Positions 1-14,568 of a DNA stretch of 64,000 bases are shown piece after piece (position 1 is the first letter of the stretch; every line of letters starts with the position of its first letter). The position numbers and the translations under genes are program-made. Below the pieces are notes generated by a model. That model was not told where the DNA came from. It saw nothing but the letters and a program-made list of their open reading frames with translations, and did no database searches. Source of the DNA: the human T2T-CHM13v2.0 reference genome, Homo sapiens; the NCBI RefSeq assembly GCF_009914755.1, contig NC_060927.1. One strand, given 5' to 3'.

Positions 1-305
1 GGAAGGTGGGATGATTAATGGATGAAAAAAAATTGAAAGAATGAATAAGACCTAGTGTTTGATAGCACAACAGGGTGATTGTAGTCAATAACATTTAAAA
101 ATATCTTAAAGTGTATAATTGGATCGTTTGTACCACAAAGGATAAATGGTGAGGGGATAGATATCTCATTTTACGTCATGTGATTAATATGCATTGCATG
201 CCTGTATCAAAACATCTATGCATCCCACAAATATATGTACTTATGGTATATCCATCAAAATAAAAATTAAAAATTAAATAAAATAAAAAATAAATTTTAA
301 AAAAG
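1..305 (+). mobile_element. L1MA (L1MA1-4-like) 3' UTR end with A-rich tail
   Basis: Matches the L1MA 3' terminus (gaatgaataagacctag..gatagcacaacagggtga..gcattgcatgcctgtatcaaaacatct) and ends in an A-rich tail. Confidence 0.85.
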
Positions 306-2354
306 ACAAATACAAACATGACACACATCTCTAAATATAAAGGCTATAATTAGATATGTCTCTCTTTAAATATTCAGAAATAGGTAACTTAAAATGATAT
401 TTTATATGGGGCCCAGTTAATCTTAGATTTCTAAATATTCAAAAAGTTCCATCTTTATTTTGGTCAAAATCTGCAGCTAAGTTAACTCACAATCTTCTTA
501 TTGTTTTGCTTTTCTCTTGTGCTTCTGTCAACTCTAATCAGTTTCTCTTTTCTAAACAAATATTTAATGTTTTGTGAGCATGCCCCTTTGAAAATTTGCC
601 CAACATTGATTCCTGTGTCCTATTTATCTCTTTTAATTTCAGATCAATTTGGAGTTTTTAGAGATTATTTCTAAGTATCATATTTTTATTATTGAAAGTA
701 ATTTATTTCAGTCAATATAACTTGTTTCCTTGTAACAGCAGAATATTTCATATATGAGCATATGTGAAAATATTGATATTCACCTTATCACAGTTATTTT
801 GGTGGTATGAGGAGTAGATTCAATTAGACGACAATTTAGCTCACAGTGATTTCTCCTGGAGCCATGGCAATGCTTTTAACTTCTTCTTTTTTTTCCCCAT
901 AATCCCTGACCATGGCTAAATGCTTCCAAATTTGTCATTACTGTCCCAATCCAGATGAATCAAATCTTCTCACTCAAGCTTGACATTGCACACAGAGACA
1001 TAAAATTGCGGGGCTAGTCAACTGACTTACCCCATGGAAGTGCCCCTGGATGAAGATCCTTCACGCTCACTAACTTTTGCCTCAAGGCTTGCCTGTCTTC
1101 TAAGGATTAATTGGTAATCTCTTTTCAATTCTTTGAATTATTTCACTATAATTTCAACAAATGTTCTTTTTGCTTAAATTAGGCAAGGTTAATTTTTGAA
1201 TAAAAATCAAAGAAGTTGGTCTAACATGGAGACAATAGCTATACATAGTTTGAAATCTACTGTACACAGATACTAAATACTAATGTTGGTTACTTGGGGA
1301 GATATTTTAAGAATGGGTGAGCTATTTTTATATTTGTAGTCAATATATTTATATGTATATGATTTTTTAAAGCAAACTATTGTGGCAGCATAATCCATGT
1401 TAAAATAGATGGCTTCGTTTTGAAAACAACCTTGATGTATGGATTTCAATGTAAAAAATGAACACCATTCCTTTTTTGGAATGTTCTGAAATACAGGGAA
1501 AAACAAGTGGATAGGTGAATTCTTCTGGAAATGGAAAGAGGAACTTTGAGATTTTATAATCATCTCTGCAGTGAAGAAAGAAAGATGAAGCAGGAATGTA
1601 AGGTAAAGATCTTATAATCTGATTGTTGTGCCCTGAGAATGCCAGGCTGACCTCTAAGTCATCTATCGCAGAGCATAGGTGACAATTGCCAGGCACACAG
1701 AAAATGAAGTTGCTTTCTACAACATGGTCCAAAAAAATGATGATAACATTGCTGTTGCTTAAATGAAGAAGAGTTTTGTCCAATATGAAGTATGGAGGGA
1801 ACAAAAATAGGAAGGAAGCTGGAAGAGGGAGACTGATGAAGGTTGTGGAAGGGCAGTCTGGGTGGAGGGTGTAGCAAGAGCTAAATCTGAAGACAGTCCT
1901 CCCCTGAAGGCCCTTGGAGATAAGCAAAATGTCTCTGGACTTCTCCACACACAGAGAATGAGCATTCAGCTATTTTAGGAAAAGTACAACAGAATGTTGG
2001 AAAATTTTGTGCCATTCAAGCTCGAGGTACACTAGGTTATTATTCATAATAGGACATTTCTTGGACATAAAGTTGGCAATATGATAAAAGGGTTTAGGTG
2101 GATGAGTCATTAGACCAGTGAATTTTATATTTTATAGCACTTCAGTTAAATTAATTTGTTTACTCAATCTTCTCACAGATACATTATATGCAAATAATAT
2201 ATTCTTCCTTCTCAAGTTTATTCTTCATTTAGCTTCAAAACATTGACTGACATTCTATTTAAGTAAGATTCTTATTTTAAAATAGATTTAGATTCACAGA
2301 AAAATTGTGCAGATATCACAGAGTTCCCATATAACCTTATATATTTTTATTATT

Positions 2355-2838
2355 ATTATCACGGTAACAAATTACTGCAAATGTAACATCTTAAAAACAA
2401 AACAAAACACAATAAACTCCAATTCATCATCTACAGTTCTGTAGGTAAGAAGTTGGACACGGGTCTCACAGGGCTAAAATCAAGTTGTCCATGGAGCTGT
2501 GTCTCTTTCTGAAGTCTCCAGGAGAGACTTGATTTCCACCTTCTATTGGACACCTACATTCCATGGTTCCCAATCCCTCTCCTTCATCTTCAAAGCCAAT
2601 GTTGCCTGATAGAGTTGCTTTCATGCTTCAAATTATTCCTCTCCTTATTCTCGTATCTCATCTCTCAATACAATCAGGATAAGTTCTCTGCTTTTCAGGA
2701 TTTGTGTGATTAGATTGGGCCCACACAGATAATCCAATATAACCTCCTTATCTTGGAGTCTTCAAAGCAACATATCCACAGGTTCTGGAGATTAGGACCT
2801 GGACATCTTTGTGCCAAAATGTTACTCTGCCTATTAGA
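2355..2838 (-). mobile_element. MaLR LTR, MLT1D-like
   Basis: gtaacaaattac..cagttctgtagg..gggctaaaatcaag..ggttctggagattaggacctggacatcttt are MLT1D hallmarks in reverse orientation. Confidence 0.75.
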
Positions 2839-3425
2839 CCCACATCAGGATTCTACTATTGTTAACATCTCATATTATGATATCTAATGTCAGAATTAAT
2901 GATGCAATATTGACACATTATTATTAACTAATGTCCATACTGCTTTCAAATTTCTTTAGTTTTTAACAAATGTCTTTTTTCTGTTCCAGAATAACATGCA
3001 GGATAACACTACATTTAGTCCTCATGTCCTTAGGCAGCTCTTAGCTATGACAGTTTCTTTGACTTTCCTTGTTTTTGATGACTTTGATAGTTTTGAGGAT
3101 TACTCATAGACGTCTCTCAATAATGACATGAAAGAATGAGGAGTTATGCTCACACATGAACTCCAACATTAAGAAATAAAGAGTTATGCTCCAACTCTTT
3201 AAGGGTAAATTATCTAAGTAAATTACTTGGCATTCTATTGCACAAGAGATGGAGTTTTGTCCTCATTTATTTATTCAATCATGTATTTTTGTAAGTAGGG
3301 ACTCATGTATTTTTTTTAGACTTTCAGTTATAATATAATACTAACTTTTTTGTTGTTCAAATGATTCCAGGTTTGAAAATTGGGAGCACTTTCAATTGGC
3401 TTCTGAGCCCTTTTAACATAGCCCA

Positions 3426-3427
<2 letters not shown>

Positions 3428-3467
<40 letters not shown>
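3428..3467. repeat. (GT)20 microsatellite
   Basis: Direct reading. Confidence 0.98.
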
Positions 3468-3469
<2 letters not shown>

Positions 3470-3688
3470 GGACTTTCTTACCTTTTGTCACTAAAGAAGC
3501 TTTGGACTCACCTTGCATATATCTTGGCCCAATTTTAGAAGCATCATTTATCCAAGGATCCCTGGGTCCTTTTATTGGAAAATAATATTACAAATCGATA
3601 TTTGGGTGCTAGGTGTGCTGATTGCTACAGGAGCATTATTGCTTCTAGGCTTTCTCATATGGCCTATATCTATAAATATTTCTATATG

Positions 3689-4064
3689 TGTCTTAGTCTG
3701 TTTGGGCTGCTGTGGCAAAAAACATTGACTGGGTGGCTTACAAACAGCAGACATTTCTTTCTCACAGTTCTTGATGTTGAGAAGTCCAAGATAAATGCAC
3801 TGGAAAATTTGTTGTCTGGGGAAGGCCTGTTTCCTGGTTCATATATGGTGCCTTTTAGCTGTGTCCTCACATGGTGGCTGGGGTAAATATGCTCCGTGTG
3901 TGTGTGTGTATGTATGTTTTATCAGGGCACAAATGCCATTCATGATAACTCTGTCCCCATGACTTAATTACCTCTCCAAATATCTTACCTCCTAATTCTG
4001 TTACATTTGTGATTAGTTTCCAACATATGGAATTTGAGGAAACAATAATATTAATATCATAGCA
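3689..4064 (-). mobile_element. MaLR solo LTR, MLT1A/MLT1A0-like
   Basis: tgtcttagtctgtttgggctgc ... tatcatagca, with a 5-bp TSD ATATG/ATACG differing by CpG decay. Confidence 0.85.
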
Positions 4065-7000
4065 ATACGTAACTATCTCTGTGTTAAGCTAAACATGAGT
4101 TTATACTGAAATCTCCAACACCAATACATTACCACATGAATCATCCTAACCTGCTCCTCCTGCTTCTCCAAAACTTCTTACTCAGACAGTGAGAAACCTG
4201 GCTTCCACCATCCACTATCTGTTTACTTAATTCTTCAATTCCACTATACATGCATAGTCATTTCAGATTTGTTGACTCATATCCTCATGAGAAAAAGTTT
4301 ATCAACTTGATTATAGTGCTTCCATACACTATCTTTTGTCTTTGGTCTTCCAGATTACACTCATTTCCATAGTTAATACTTAGGTCAGTATCTTTTCATC
4401 CACTCCATTAAGCATGATTGCTTCTTATATTTGAAGTGCAGTTATATTGTTTTGCCATATTCTGCTTTTCATCTGGGAGTCATCTGACTTCCTAAATGAT
4501 TTCTCTTTTACATAGCAAACATTAAGGTCACCATTTGCACTGTAAACTTCTATGTATTTTGAAAAATGCCCAGCATCATGTATTTACCACCACCTCATCA
4601 TACAAAATATTGTAACTGCACTCAAAAATCCCCTGTGTTTCACCTATTCACCTCTGCTTTCTGCAACTTGGCACATACTTAACTTTTAATAGTCTGTAGT
4701 GTTTATATTACCTAGAAGGCCCAGAAGGTCACATAATTGGAATACTACAGTATGTAGTCTTTTCAACTGACTTCTTCGCTAAACAATATGCATTTAAGAG
4801 TAATCCACATATTTGCATGGTTTTATATAGATCATTCCTTTTTTATTGCAGAAAAATATTCATCTGTATGGATATTCTATGATTTGTTTATCCATTTATC
4901 TATTGAAGGACATCTTGGTTGCTTCCAATATTTGATGATTTTGCATAAAGTTGCTATAAATATTTTCGTGTAGGTTTTGTGTGTACATAAGTTTTCGAAT
5001 CAGTTGGATAAATGCGTAGGAGCAAAATTGCTGGGTCTTATAGTAAGACTATGTTTAGCTTTGTGAGAAACTCCCAAACTGTTGTTCAAAGCAGCTGCAC
5101 ACTTTGCATTATCAGAGACAATGCCAGTTTATTTTACTTTTAATTCTCACTAGCAAATAATATTGTGAAATTGTGAATTTAATCAGTCTAATGGGGGTGC
5201 TGTGGTATCTCGTTGTTTTCATTTGTATATCCAAATAATCAATTATGTTAAAAATATTTTCATATGCTTATTTACCATTTATATATCTTCTTTGGTAAGT
5301 TGTCTGTTCAGATCACTTTTAAAAAATTAAGCTGTTTATTTTTATATTGTTAGGTTTAAGTATTATCTGGATATTTCTGAACTAAGTCCTTGTCAGGACT
5401 TAGGTGTGATTTGCAATTATTTTCATATTTTCGCAGAGCTGAAGTTTTTAAATTTAATAAAGTCTAACTTATCATTTTTAATACATCCTGCTTTACTTAT
5501 TCTATATAAAACTTCACCCCAAACCCAAGGGCACATAAATGTTTTCCTATAAGTTGTATAGTTTTGCAGTTTACATTTAAGTCTTTTACTAATTACAAGT
5601 CAATTTTTGAGCAAGGTGTCAAGTCAGTATGTACTTTTTTTGCATATGGATATCCAATTATCCAGCACCATTTCCTGAAAACATTATATTTTAGCAACTA
5701 ATATAGAGAAATTATATTGTATATTGTAGTTTATACTTTCTATAATATTTTTAAATTGTCTTTGAATCTTTAAAAAATCAGTTGAGTACATTTATGTGTG
5801 TCTATTTCTGAGCTACTTAGTTACATTGATTCATGTGTCTATTCTTTTGCCAACATCTTTCTCTCTTGAGCTCTCCAACTGTTTTCTTCTTTTTTGATAT
5901 CGTATTGGCTATTCTGGCTCTTTTGCCTTTCCACATAAAATTTAGAATAAGGTTATAGCTATCTACAAAATAGCTTGCTGACATGTTGATTTGGTTTGTG
6001 TCAAATCTATGAATTAATTAAGGATTGTTATCTTAACAATATTGAGTTTTCCAATGCATGAACATAGTATATTTGTACCTGTAGATTTTTTTAATCAGTG
6101 TTTCATAGTTTTCTACATACAAATTCTGTATTTATTTTGTTAGATTTAGACCCGTGTTTTATCTTTGCAAATCTTATGAATAGTATTTTAAAAATTCTTG
6201 TATTTCATTTTTATTGCTGCTATATTAGAAAATAATTGTCTTTTACATACTGATCTTGGATACTAAAAACTTTCTATACTTGCTTATTAGTTTAAGAAGT
6301 TTTCTTGCAAAATCTTTGGAACTTTCTACATAGGCAATCACATCATCTGTGGAAGAACACTGTCCTCTTTCTTTCTTTCCAATCTATAAATTTTCTTTTT
6401 TTCTTTCCTCCTCCATTTCATACTTCCCATCTCTTTTCCTCCTCTCCTTTGTCATCTTTTGCCACCTCTTTTTCTTTCTTTTTAACATTTCTTGCAGACA
6501 ATTCTGCTGGTGACAAAGTCACTCAATTTTGTCTAATAAAGTATTTTTCTTTCACTTTTGCAGGATAATTTTACTGCATATAGACTTCTAAATTTTTGTT
6601 TGATTTTTTTATTTTAACACTTCAAATATTTTATTCCACCCTCTTCTTATATGCATGGTTTCTCTTTAAAAGTGTGCTATAATTCTTTTTTTTTTTCTTT
6701 AGGTAAGTTTGTCTACCTCATCTGCTTTGTGTCAAGATTTTCTTTTGTCCAAGATTTTCTTCAATTTGAATATGAAATGCCTAGATGATTTTAAAAAATA
6801 CTGCTTAATGTTCTCTGTGTGGTTTGATCTTTTCATCAATTTTAGAAAGTTCTTAGGCTTTACTACTGCAAATATTTCATTTGCCTTCTTTTCTTCTTCT
6901 GATATTCTAATTATTCATATGTTACAACATTTGAAATTGTCCCACAAGTCTTAGATGCTAAGTTTTGTTTGTTTAGTTTCTATCCTTTTTCCCTTTTTTT

Positions 7001-7837
7001 TTTTCATTTCATTGACCTATCTCCAAGGTTCCTAATTCTCTCATCTGCTGTGTCTAGTCTACTGATGATCCCCTTGAAGGCATTTTTCATTTCTATTACA
7101 GTGTTTTTTATTTCTTTCATTTCTTTTTACAACTGTTTTTTAGAGTTTTCATCTCTCTGGTTACATTACCTATCTGTTCTTGCATGGTGTCTAGTTTTTC
7201 TATCAGAATGCTTCATATACTTTAAATATTATCAATATTTTTAATTTTATCTGATAATTCCAATATCTATGTCATATTTGATTTTCATCCTGCTGTTAGA
7301 TTTGTCTCTTCAGACTGTGATTTTTATTTTTATTTTTGCCTCTTGGTACACTTTGTAGTTTTCTGTTGCTCTCTGGACATGTATTGAGTAATAGAAAATA
7401 AGGTAAACAGAGTATTAGTGTGAGAATTTATTTAAATCTGGCTAGGAGTTGGGCTGTGTTCAGTGTTTGCTATATGTGTATGTGCCAGTCTTAAAATTTC
7501 TCTCTGTCCCAGTTTGGTCTCCTGTATTAGTTGAAGGCTTCCCTTAGTACTGCTAGTCAGTGGGGGTCCTGTTTTGCAGCCCTTATTGGAATTCACTATA
7601 ATTGCCTTGGACCCCTATTGATGTGGTGGTAAGGTATGGGGTAGGACAAGTGTTCTATAATCTTATAATTAAATTTCCAGCTTTTAGTGGCTCTATTATC
7701 TTTGGACTTTGACCTCCACAAATGTTTCTCTAATTGCATAGTTTCATCCTCCCTTTTGGTGAGATAAGGATAGTAGAGGGAGCCAGAGTGGGATCAATGT
7801 CCCTTACTTCATACACACAAAAATATCAATTAATGCG

Positions 7838-7990
7838 TAATATCCAATGTGATGGTATTTGAAGGTGAGGCTTTTAGCAAGACTCTGCCCTCATAAATGG
7901 GACGAGTGCCCTTATAAAAGACACATCAGAGAGCTGTCTTTTTCTCTCCCACTGTGTGAGGACACACAAAGTAGGTGCCACTTATGAGTC
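7838..7990 (+). mobile_element. MLT1A-like LTR fragment whose 5' terminus lies inverted at 8043-8069
   Basis: ccaatgtgatggtatttgaaggtg..gccctcataaatggga..tgcccttataaaaga..tgtgaggacac. Confidence 0.7.
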
Positions 7991-8599
7991 TATAAGCCAT
8001 AAAATGTACCCCCAGAAAACACTTAATACCTTTTTGTGAAGGAAGGGCACAAACATACAGACCATAGCAGAACTAATGTTTGCCAGCCTCATTATGTGTT
8101 GCAGTCGAACCTGGAAGTGAATTATATAACATTCTTTGCATACATATAACTTAATTAATATATTTTGCCATTTAAAAATGCCTTTATTAGTTGAAGAAAC
8201 TGGATTTGAGCCCACAATCCACCTTTCTATGTCTTTGCAAACAACTGAACTTCTCATCATCTTAATTTCTGTAATCCATTCAACAAAATATTTACAAATG
8301 TCCATGTCTGAGGTAAAATAAGAGGGGTTAGCAGTCAACAAGCCATTAATAAGAGTTCTCCATAATAACATGAAATTAGGCTTCAAAGATCTCTTCAAAA
8401 TTATTTTATTTTTAATTTAATCTGTTTTATAGCAAACATAGCAACCAAATTTTATGCTATAAAATACATTATTAAAATATGTAAAAATATCTTCACCTCT
8501 ATTGATTAAATAATTGAAGCATCTTCTCCTACACTGTAATCTTTGGGACACTGTTCTAGTGAAATATTTCTTGATCAAACATATTTCATCTTTGTTTGC

Positions 8600-9565
8600 C
8601 ATGCTTTATTTTTGTTTCCTTTTGTTTGTTCTGTTGTTGTTATTTTCTGATTTAAGCTACATTAAATTAAGTTTTCTAGTACATCATTTCTCTATGTTGG
8701 TATGACAGTTTTACATTCTGTTGTTGTGCTTCTAGTGGTTATCTTTACAGTTTTTATTATCCATATTTGATATAGCAAATTTCAAAGCTTAATATCACTT
8801 ACAGAAGTATAAAAAAAGTTATTAAAATATTTTAACTCTAATCTCTTTATCCTTTTTTTATGGTAATGTTTCCTAGAGTTTTATTCCATTACATTTGTAA
8901 TCTCCTTTAAACTTAGTCTCTTTTTTCTCTTTTTCAATAAGCATGTATTTATGGTTAAATACTTAAATACCTTTTTCTTAGCTCAGTATTTCACTTTCTT
9001 TGGCTTTGATTTCCATAGTACATTTTTTTAGGTTCTTTTGGTGAAAGACTGATTGAAATAAATTCTCTTAATGTTTGTCTAAAAATATTTTACTTCATTT
9101 AAATTATTGATTGATAGATAAGCTAGATATGGAATTCTACATTCATTGCTATTTTCCCTCATCAGTAAAAAAACAATTTATCTTCAGGTGTCTGGTATTG
9201 CTTATTAGAAGTCTGGTGAGAGTCTAGTTGTGATATATTTATATGTCATCTTACTTTTCTTTACACTGTTTGTCCTGGTTTCCTGTAATTTTTATATGAT
9301 ACATCTATTTGTTCTTGCTCTTCCTGAATAATACTCTGCTTCCTATAGCGAAATACTTATGGATTTAACCAGTAGGGGAGATTATTTTTCTTATTTATTT
9401 ATTTTGAGAACTACCTGGCTACTATTTTTTGTATCTGGTTGCCCCAACCTTTGTTTTTGTAATTGCACTTCAACATATTTTATACCTTATTCTATCATTT
9501 GCCTCTTTTATTTTCTGCTAAAAAGGTCCATGACTTTATGTCTCTGTATCTCTGTTTTATTAATA
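8600..9565 (-). mobile_element. Highly decayed L1M/L1ME fragment
   Basis: T-rich antisense ORF1-like motifs (aattctcttaatgtttgtctaaaaa, gaagtctggtgagagtct). Confidence 0.45.
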
Positions 9566-9570
9566 TGTTC

Positions 9571-10226
9571 TGTGTGATTTATAGCCCATACTTACTCCCA
9601 ACTTCAGTTCTTGCCTCCTCAGAAGAATGAATTTAACTGAGGAGCATATAGTAGAAAAAGAGACTGAAGCAAGTTCCCGAGCAGGAATGGAAGATTACGT
9701 AAAAAGACCTTAGAACAGGAAAGAAAGGAAGGTGCACTTGGAAGAGACCCAAGCAGGCACATGAAGGGTAAAGAGAGAAGGTCAACTGCCCTGTTTAGCC
9801 ATGATCCTAGGACCTTTATAAGCTCACCTCTTTCTCATGATTCTTCCCTTAGTGTGGTTTGCCCGCATTCACAGAGCCCTCCCTTACCCTTGGAAAATAA
9901 GCACATGCAATGTGTTTAGGGAGTTATCCCCATGCCCATCTGAGGCTTTTCCTTTTTCTACTGGAATGTACCCGGAAGATCATACTTCGCCATTTTCGTC
10001 TCTTAATATGCATGCCCAGGAAGCTGTTTTTCCCTGGGGCCTGCATTCAATTAACATTTTTAATGTGAAGAGGTGTGGACCATCAAGAGCTTGTCTCTCC
10101 CTGGCTGCCGAATTATCATTTGTAGAGTGGCAATGCAATAATTGCAGAATCATCACCCTACATTTCTAGTGGGTGGGGGGAAAGCTCCCTCCTGCCCTTC
10201 TTATGCCTATTTAACTACCTGTAACA
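9571..10226 (-). mobile_element. ERV1 solo LTR, MER50 family (MER50B/C-like)
   Basis: cctcctcagaagaatgaatttaactgagg..gcacttggaagag..; ends aactacctgtaaca (reverse complement TGTTACAGGTAG). Left boundary approximate. Confidence 0.75.
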
Positions 10227-13200
10227 TTCTTATATGAACTACTAAAATTACTGTATCAAATATGTTTCAACAAGACTGTATGACTATAGTAAATAGTACT
10301 ATTTACTATTATGTTACTATTATAATTTGTTTAGAGTTTCAGTTTTGCATCAACACTAACAATTTGCTTGTTGATGGAATGTATCAGAAGAACCATAACT
10401 GAAACAAATTTCAATATTCACATCTTGCAATTTCAAGAGGTAGATAACAACTGGTTTTAACATGATGAATCTTTGCCCAATGACCTTTATGTTTCAATTG
10501 TTGTGCAATTTTTAAATAAATCATAAAACAAAATATATCACTGTGACTTTTTTTATGTCTTCTAATATCTTGAGGCAAACCAGCTGACAAATGTATTATT
10601 CTCTCATAAAGGAGAGGAACCCTGCATAATGTATACAGGGCTTTACCTATGCTGGATCAAACTACTGCTTTTGTTCATGTCTTCTTAACTGCTATTAAAA
10701 CAGTTTTTCAGGTTGAAACTATAATGCCTGCTTCATAATGCTGTTTTGTTCTTTCTGCAGAGATTCTCTTTCTTATATTAAACATGTCCATAAATCTCTC
10801 AGTAATTGTATATTTTTTTTTGTTTCTTCTGTGATTTACACATTGTATTCAACTTCAGGCTTAGTCAGCCTCGTACAATGGTATGGCAGGTTTATGGAGT
10901 GTTGTAAAGTTGAGAGAAGTAAGGCAATTATTGTTAAGCCTTCGTAAGCTGTTTGAGAAAAGACATTTGCTGCAACATGCAATGAGGACTGCATCTACCT
11001 GCTATAGGTTTACACAGATTTTTATTTAAACTCTTTCTAAAGGGGTTAGTGTTACTATGACCTTCTTAAAAATTTAAAACCTTATTATAAACTGGGAAGT
11101 TTTTATTACTTTTTAAACAAAAACCAATGAGCATCAGATATATGAGTGACACAAATAACATTTGTGAATAAAATTGTTTTTGATCTAATGCAAGTGAAAT
11201 GAAAAAATATTCTATAAGAGCTATATTAATAAGTTATAATCAAGTATCTACAAGTTTTCCACCAAATGAAAATCTGCATTGGCTAGTTTTTTTGATATTA
11301 ATTTTTTTCATTATCTCCTAGAGTCGTAGATGTAAATAGGGGGATACATTCTTTAGAGATAATGAGATGGCCTAAATCTTTCCTACCCCAACTTTTTAAA
11401 TTTCTGGATGAGATTATGCTAATATATTAAACAATCAGATATATTTGTGTTTAGATAACATTGGGCAGCATGCATTATGATGCAAAATATGACCTTCTTA
11501 TCATTTGAGAGAAAAAAATAGTGGGCATATATGCCCTTTACAGCAGCACTCTCATTTGGAATAACATGGTACTATAAAACAAAATGAATTGTACATAAAT
11601 TACCAGAACTGGCCTCATTTCTCAAGATCATAGTAAAATTATAGAATTTACACAACATGTATGTTATACTATCTTTACTTATTTCAAATCCACTGTGTCA
11701 AAGACAGCAGGAATATATACTACTACTGGCGTTGGAAATATCAACTGAGTCCAGAGTGAATTTCAGGAGTCTGCTTGTGTTGGGAATCAACAGTATAACT
11801 GAGTGTTTTCCAAATTAACTTATGTGGAAAATACAATATATATTAAAGAATGAGTAATACAAATGTGCTACCTTGAAACCTCTATATAGAATGTCATTAA
11901 AGTTCATCAGTAATCATGATAATCATTAGAATATGAGTCAAAAATATTTGATTTTTCAGATAATTTTATTTCTGATATTGATTGGAATTATGAATACATG
12001 AAAATAATAAAAGCAGACTGTCTTTTGGTGGACTTTCTTATAGTTTTTAATTCTATATAGACCATACGCCCCTTACTGCTTACCTTCTGGCCAACTCACA
12101 CTCTCCCGTCCATGTGATGCTGATGCTTCCAAAATTGACCTACGGTTCTCAAAGACAATCTAATTCTTCTTATCCAAAATTGTAGAAAACTCTTCTTTGT
12201 TTATTACATGTAAGTAAAACATTTAATTTACCAATGATGTCCCTTTTTAATTTGTCAGTGAGATTGGTACTCCATCTGCTAACTTTTTAGAATAAATCCT
12301 CCTTTAGTACCAAGTGAGTGATCATTCATTGAAAATTATGAAATGGCCAGATTAAGTATAATCCAAGTGAATTATCCCAAGGCTTATAATGTGGAGAAAG
12401 GTATTATAAGTTATTAAAGGTGAGAGGATTAGAAGTTAACAAGAATTGATCTATGAGGTTGTAAATTTTTTGTTATTTTATTTCATATCAATAAGACCAG
12501 AGAAGAAAATATGGTATGCTTATTAGAAAATGACAGTTTATACCAAACCAGTTCTGATTTTTTGCCCTGAAATCTGATAGAAATTATATAAATTTGTCAA
12601 GCACTTGGCATTCAATATTTTTCCAACACTACAAGATTCCCAGTGTGACTGTGATTTAAGCATTAAAGAAAGTACTAAGTTGTATGCCACATTGCGTAAA
12701 TTAACCAACTATAATTGTCATTCCTTCTTCAGAAAATTTATAGCTTGTAATTTCTATATGGTATATGGGAGAAGTTAGCATGCATCAACATGATTTTACC
12801 ACATGTTAATTGTATTTTAAAAGCCAAGCCCAGAATACTATAAAATGTGTTGTTTTATAGTAATAGAAAATTTAAATTACAAATTACATTAAAATGTCTA
12901 TTTGCATATACAATTTTAAATTTGAAAATGAGTGTAAATTGCAATGTGTAATATTTTTGTTTGTTAAAGTACATGAAGTACATTACTGAATTTTAATTAT
13001 ATATTAAAATTGAAATTTATTCTTTTTTGTTAATTGCTAATCGTTTTCTAATTAAAGAATTAAGAAAACAAAAGATTACAACAGATGTAAACAAAATGTC
13101 TTTTACATAAAAGATTACAAAAGATGTAGCAATTGTATAACTTGACCTCTAAGTAGTTCGCTTTCTTGTCTTGCAGGAACTTGGAAAAATTGCAGGAGTT

Positions 13201-13267
13201 TTTGAGAAAATAATAACAGGTTCAGAAATATTCTGAATTTAATAAACATATTTAAATTGAGGTATAC

Positions 13268-13907
13268 TGTTAGCAGTGGTGAATCCTTGCTGGCCTGCAG
13301 CAACCTCAATTTTTGCATCCTCAGAAGAAAGAACTCGACATAGGGGCATAAGACAGAGTCAGAGACCAAGGCAAGTTTTAGAGCAGGAGTAAAAGTTTAT
13401 TAAAATGTTTTAGAAAGGAATGAAAGGAAGTGAATTACATTTGGAAGAGGGCCAAGTGGGCAACTTGAGAGATTCAAGTTCTCAGTTTTACCTTTGATTT
13501 GTAGTTGTATAAATTTTCATTCTGTGTGTGCAGTGGGAGAGGCCACATGCACAGTGTGTTCACTGAAGTTGTATATGTGCTCACCTGAAACGTTCTTCCT
13601 TTACCTCTCAAGTGTTCCTAGAGAAAGGTCATATGCCAGTTAAACTCTACCATTTTTCCTATTAATGTGAATGCTTGAGCTCACTTGTCCAGCTCCTAAG
13701 ATCTTATTGGGAAGCTGCTGATCACCAGTTTCAGGTGTTTCTGTCTACTGGGAGACAGCGGTTCCCTGGTTCCAGCTGCAACCAATTATTATTTTAGAGT
13801 GATAGTTTGACAACTATCTGACCATTACCTCATCGGCTCCTGACATTCCTGCTGGGCGGGGGTCCTCTCCCACTCAGCTCATGTCTGACTGATTACCTAC
13901 TCTAACA
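13268..13907 (-). mobile_element. ERV1 solo LTR MER50
   Basis: TG...CA termini; the reverse complement starts TGTTAGAGTAGGTA; perfect 4-bp TSD ATAC (13264-13267 / 13908-13911). Confidence 0.88.
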
Positions 13908-14568
13908 ATACAAATATGAAAAAATTTCAAACAGTTGGAGCTTAACAAGGAAATACTAAAATATAAAAATTTAAAAAATGCAAAGAAGCAGAGGATGGAG
14001 CAATGTCTAGATTTATTTTGAAACCTGTAATACTTTCAATATTGCATTTACCATCCTTTCATGATTATTAAGAAAATTATTTTTGTACTGAAATAAAATA
14101 AAATGTTAAAAAATTTTCTACTATGGATATTAAATAATTCTGTGTTGTCTCTATGGGAACCAGAAAAATAAAAGCTAAGTTGCAGTATGAATTCTCTGTT
14201 AGACAAATAACATATATTATAGGACAATTTTAAGGCAGAAAATGTCTGTTTTTAAGACACTAATGGTAGTATATTCTACTTGTTTGGGAATGAATCAACA
14301 AGTTCTATATCTTAGATGACATTTTTTACTCTCCACTATTTGTAGACTAGCTCAAGTGATGTGTATTTTTGTGTAGACCAAATGTGGACTGGTAGTTATG
14401 TTGTGTAGCTTTCAGTTTATTTTCTGTTTTAGAACAAGGAAAAAAGAATGAAAACTACATCAATGATAAAATGAAATAGCTTGAAATAAGAGAATAAGAG
14501 AACAAGCCATCAAATCATTTTTTTAAAGTTTGTGATTAAATGATGCTAAATAACATAATATTTATTAG

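Larger units (their letters stand above)
2265..7790 (-). mobile_element. Old L1MC/L1MD-type LINE, fragmented, interrupted by two MLT1 LTRs and a (GT)n
   Basis: 3' end motif tttagattcacagaaaaattg, 3' UTR motif gagaaacctggcttccaccatcc, decayed ORF2-like sequence ~4700-6400 and ORF1-like sequence ~6480-7400, all antisense. Confidence 0.75.

Noticed and set aside
850-1225. Possible ancient ERVL/MaLR LTR remnant
   Set aside because: Only a weak 3'-terminal resemblance (tttttgcttaaattagg); too decayed to call.
1273-1965. 182-aa and overlapping minus-strand ORFs
   Set aside because: F/S/L-rich translation of a purine-rich + strand, no recognisable domain, and no splice or promoter support.
9571-13907. 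Two co-oriented MER50 LTRs 3 kb apart resembling a provirus
   Set aside because: The LTRs are clearly divergent from each other, the second has its own TSD (ATAC), and the spacer shows no PBS, gag or pol similarity.
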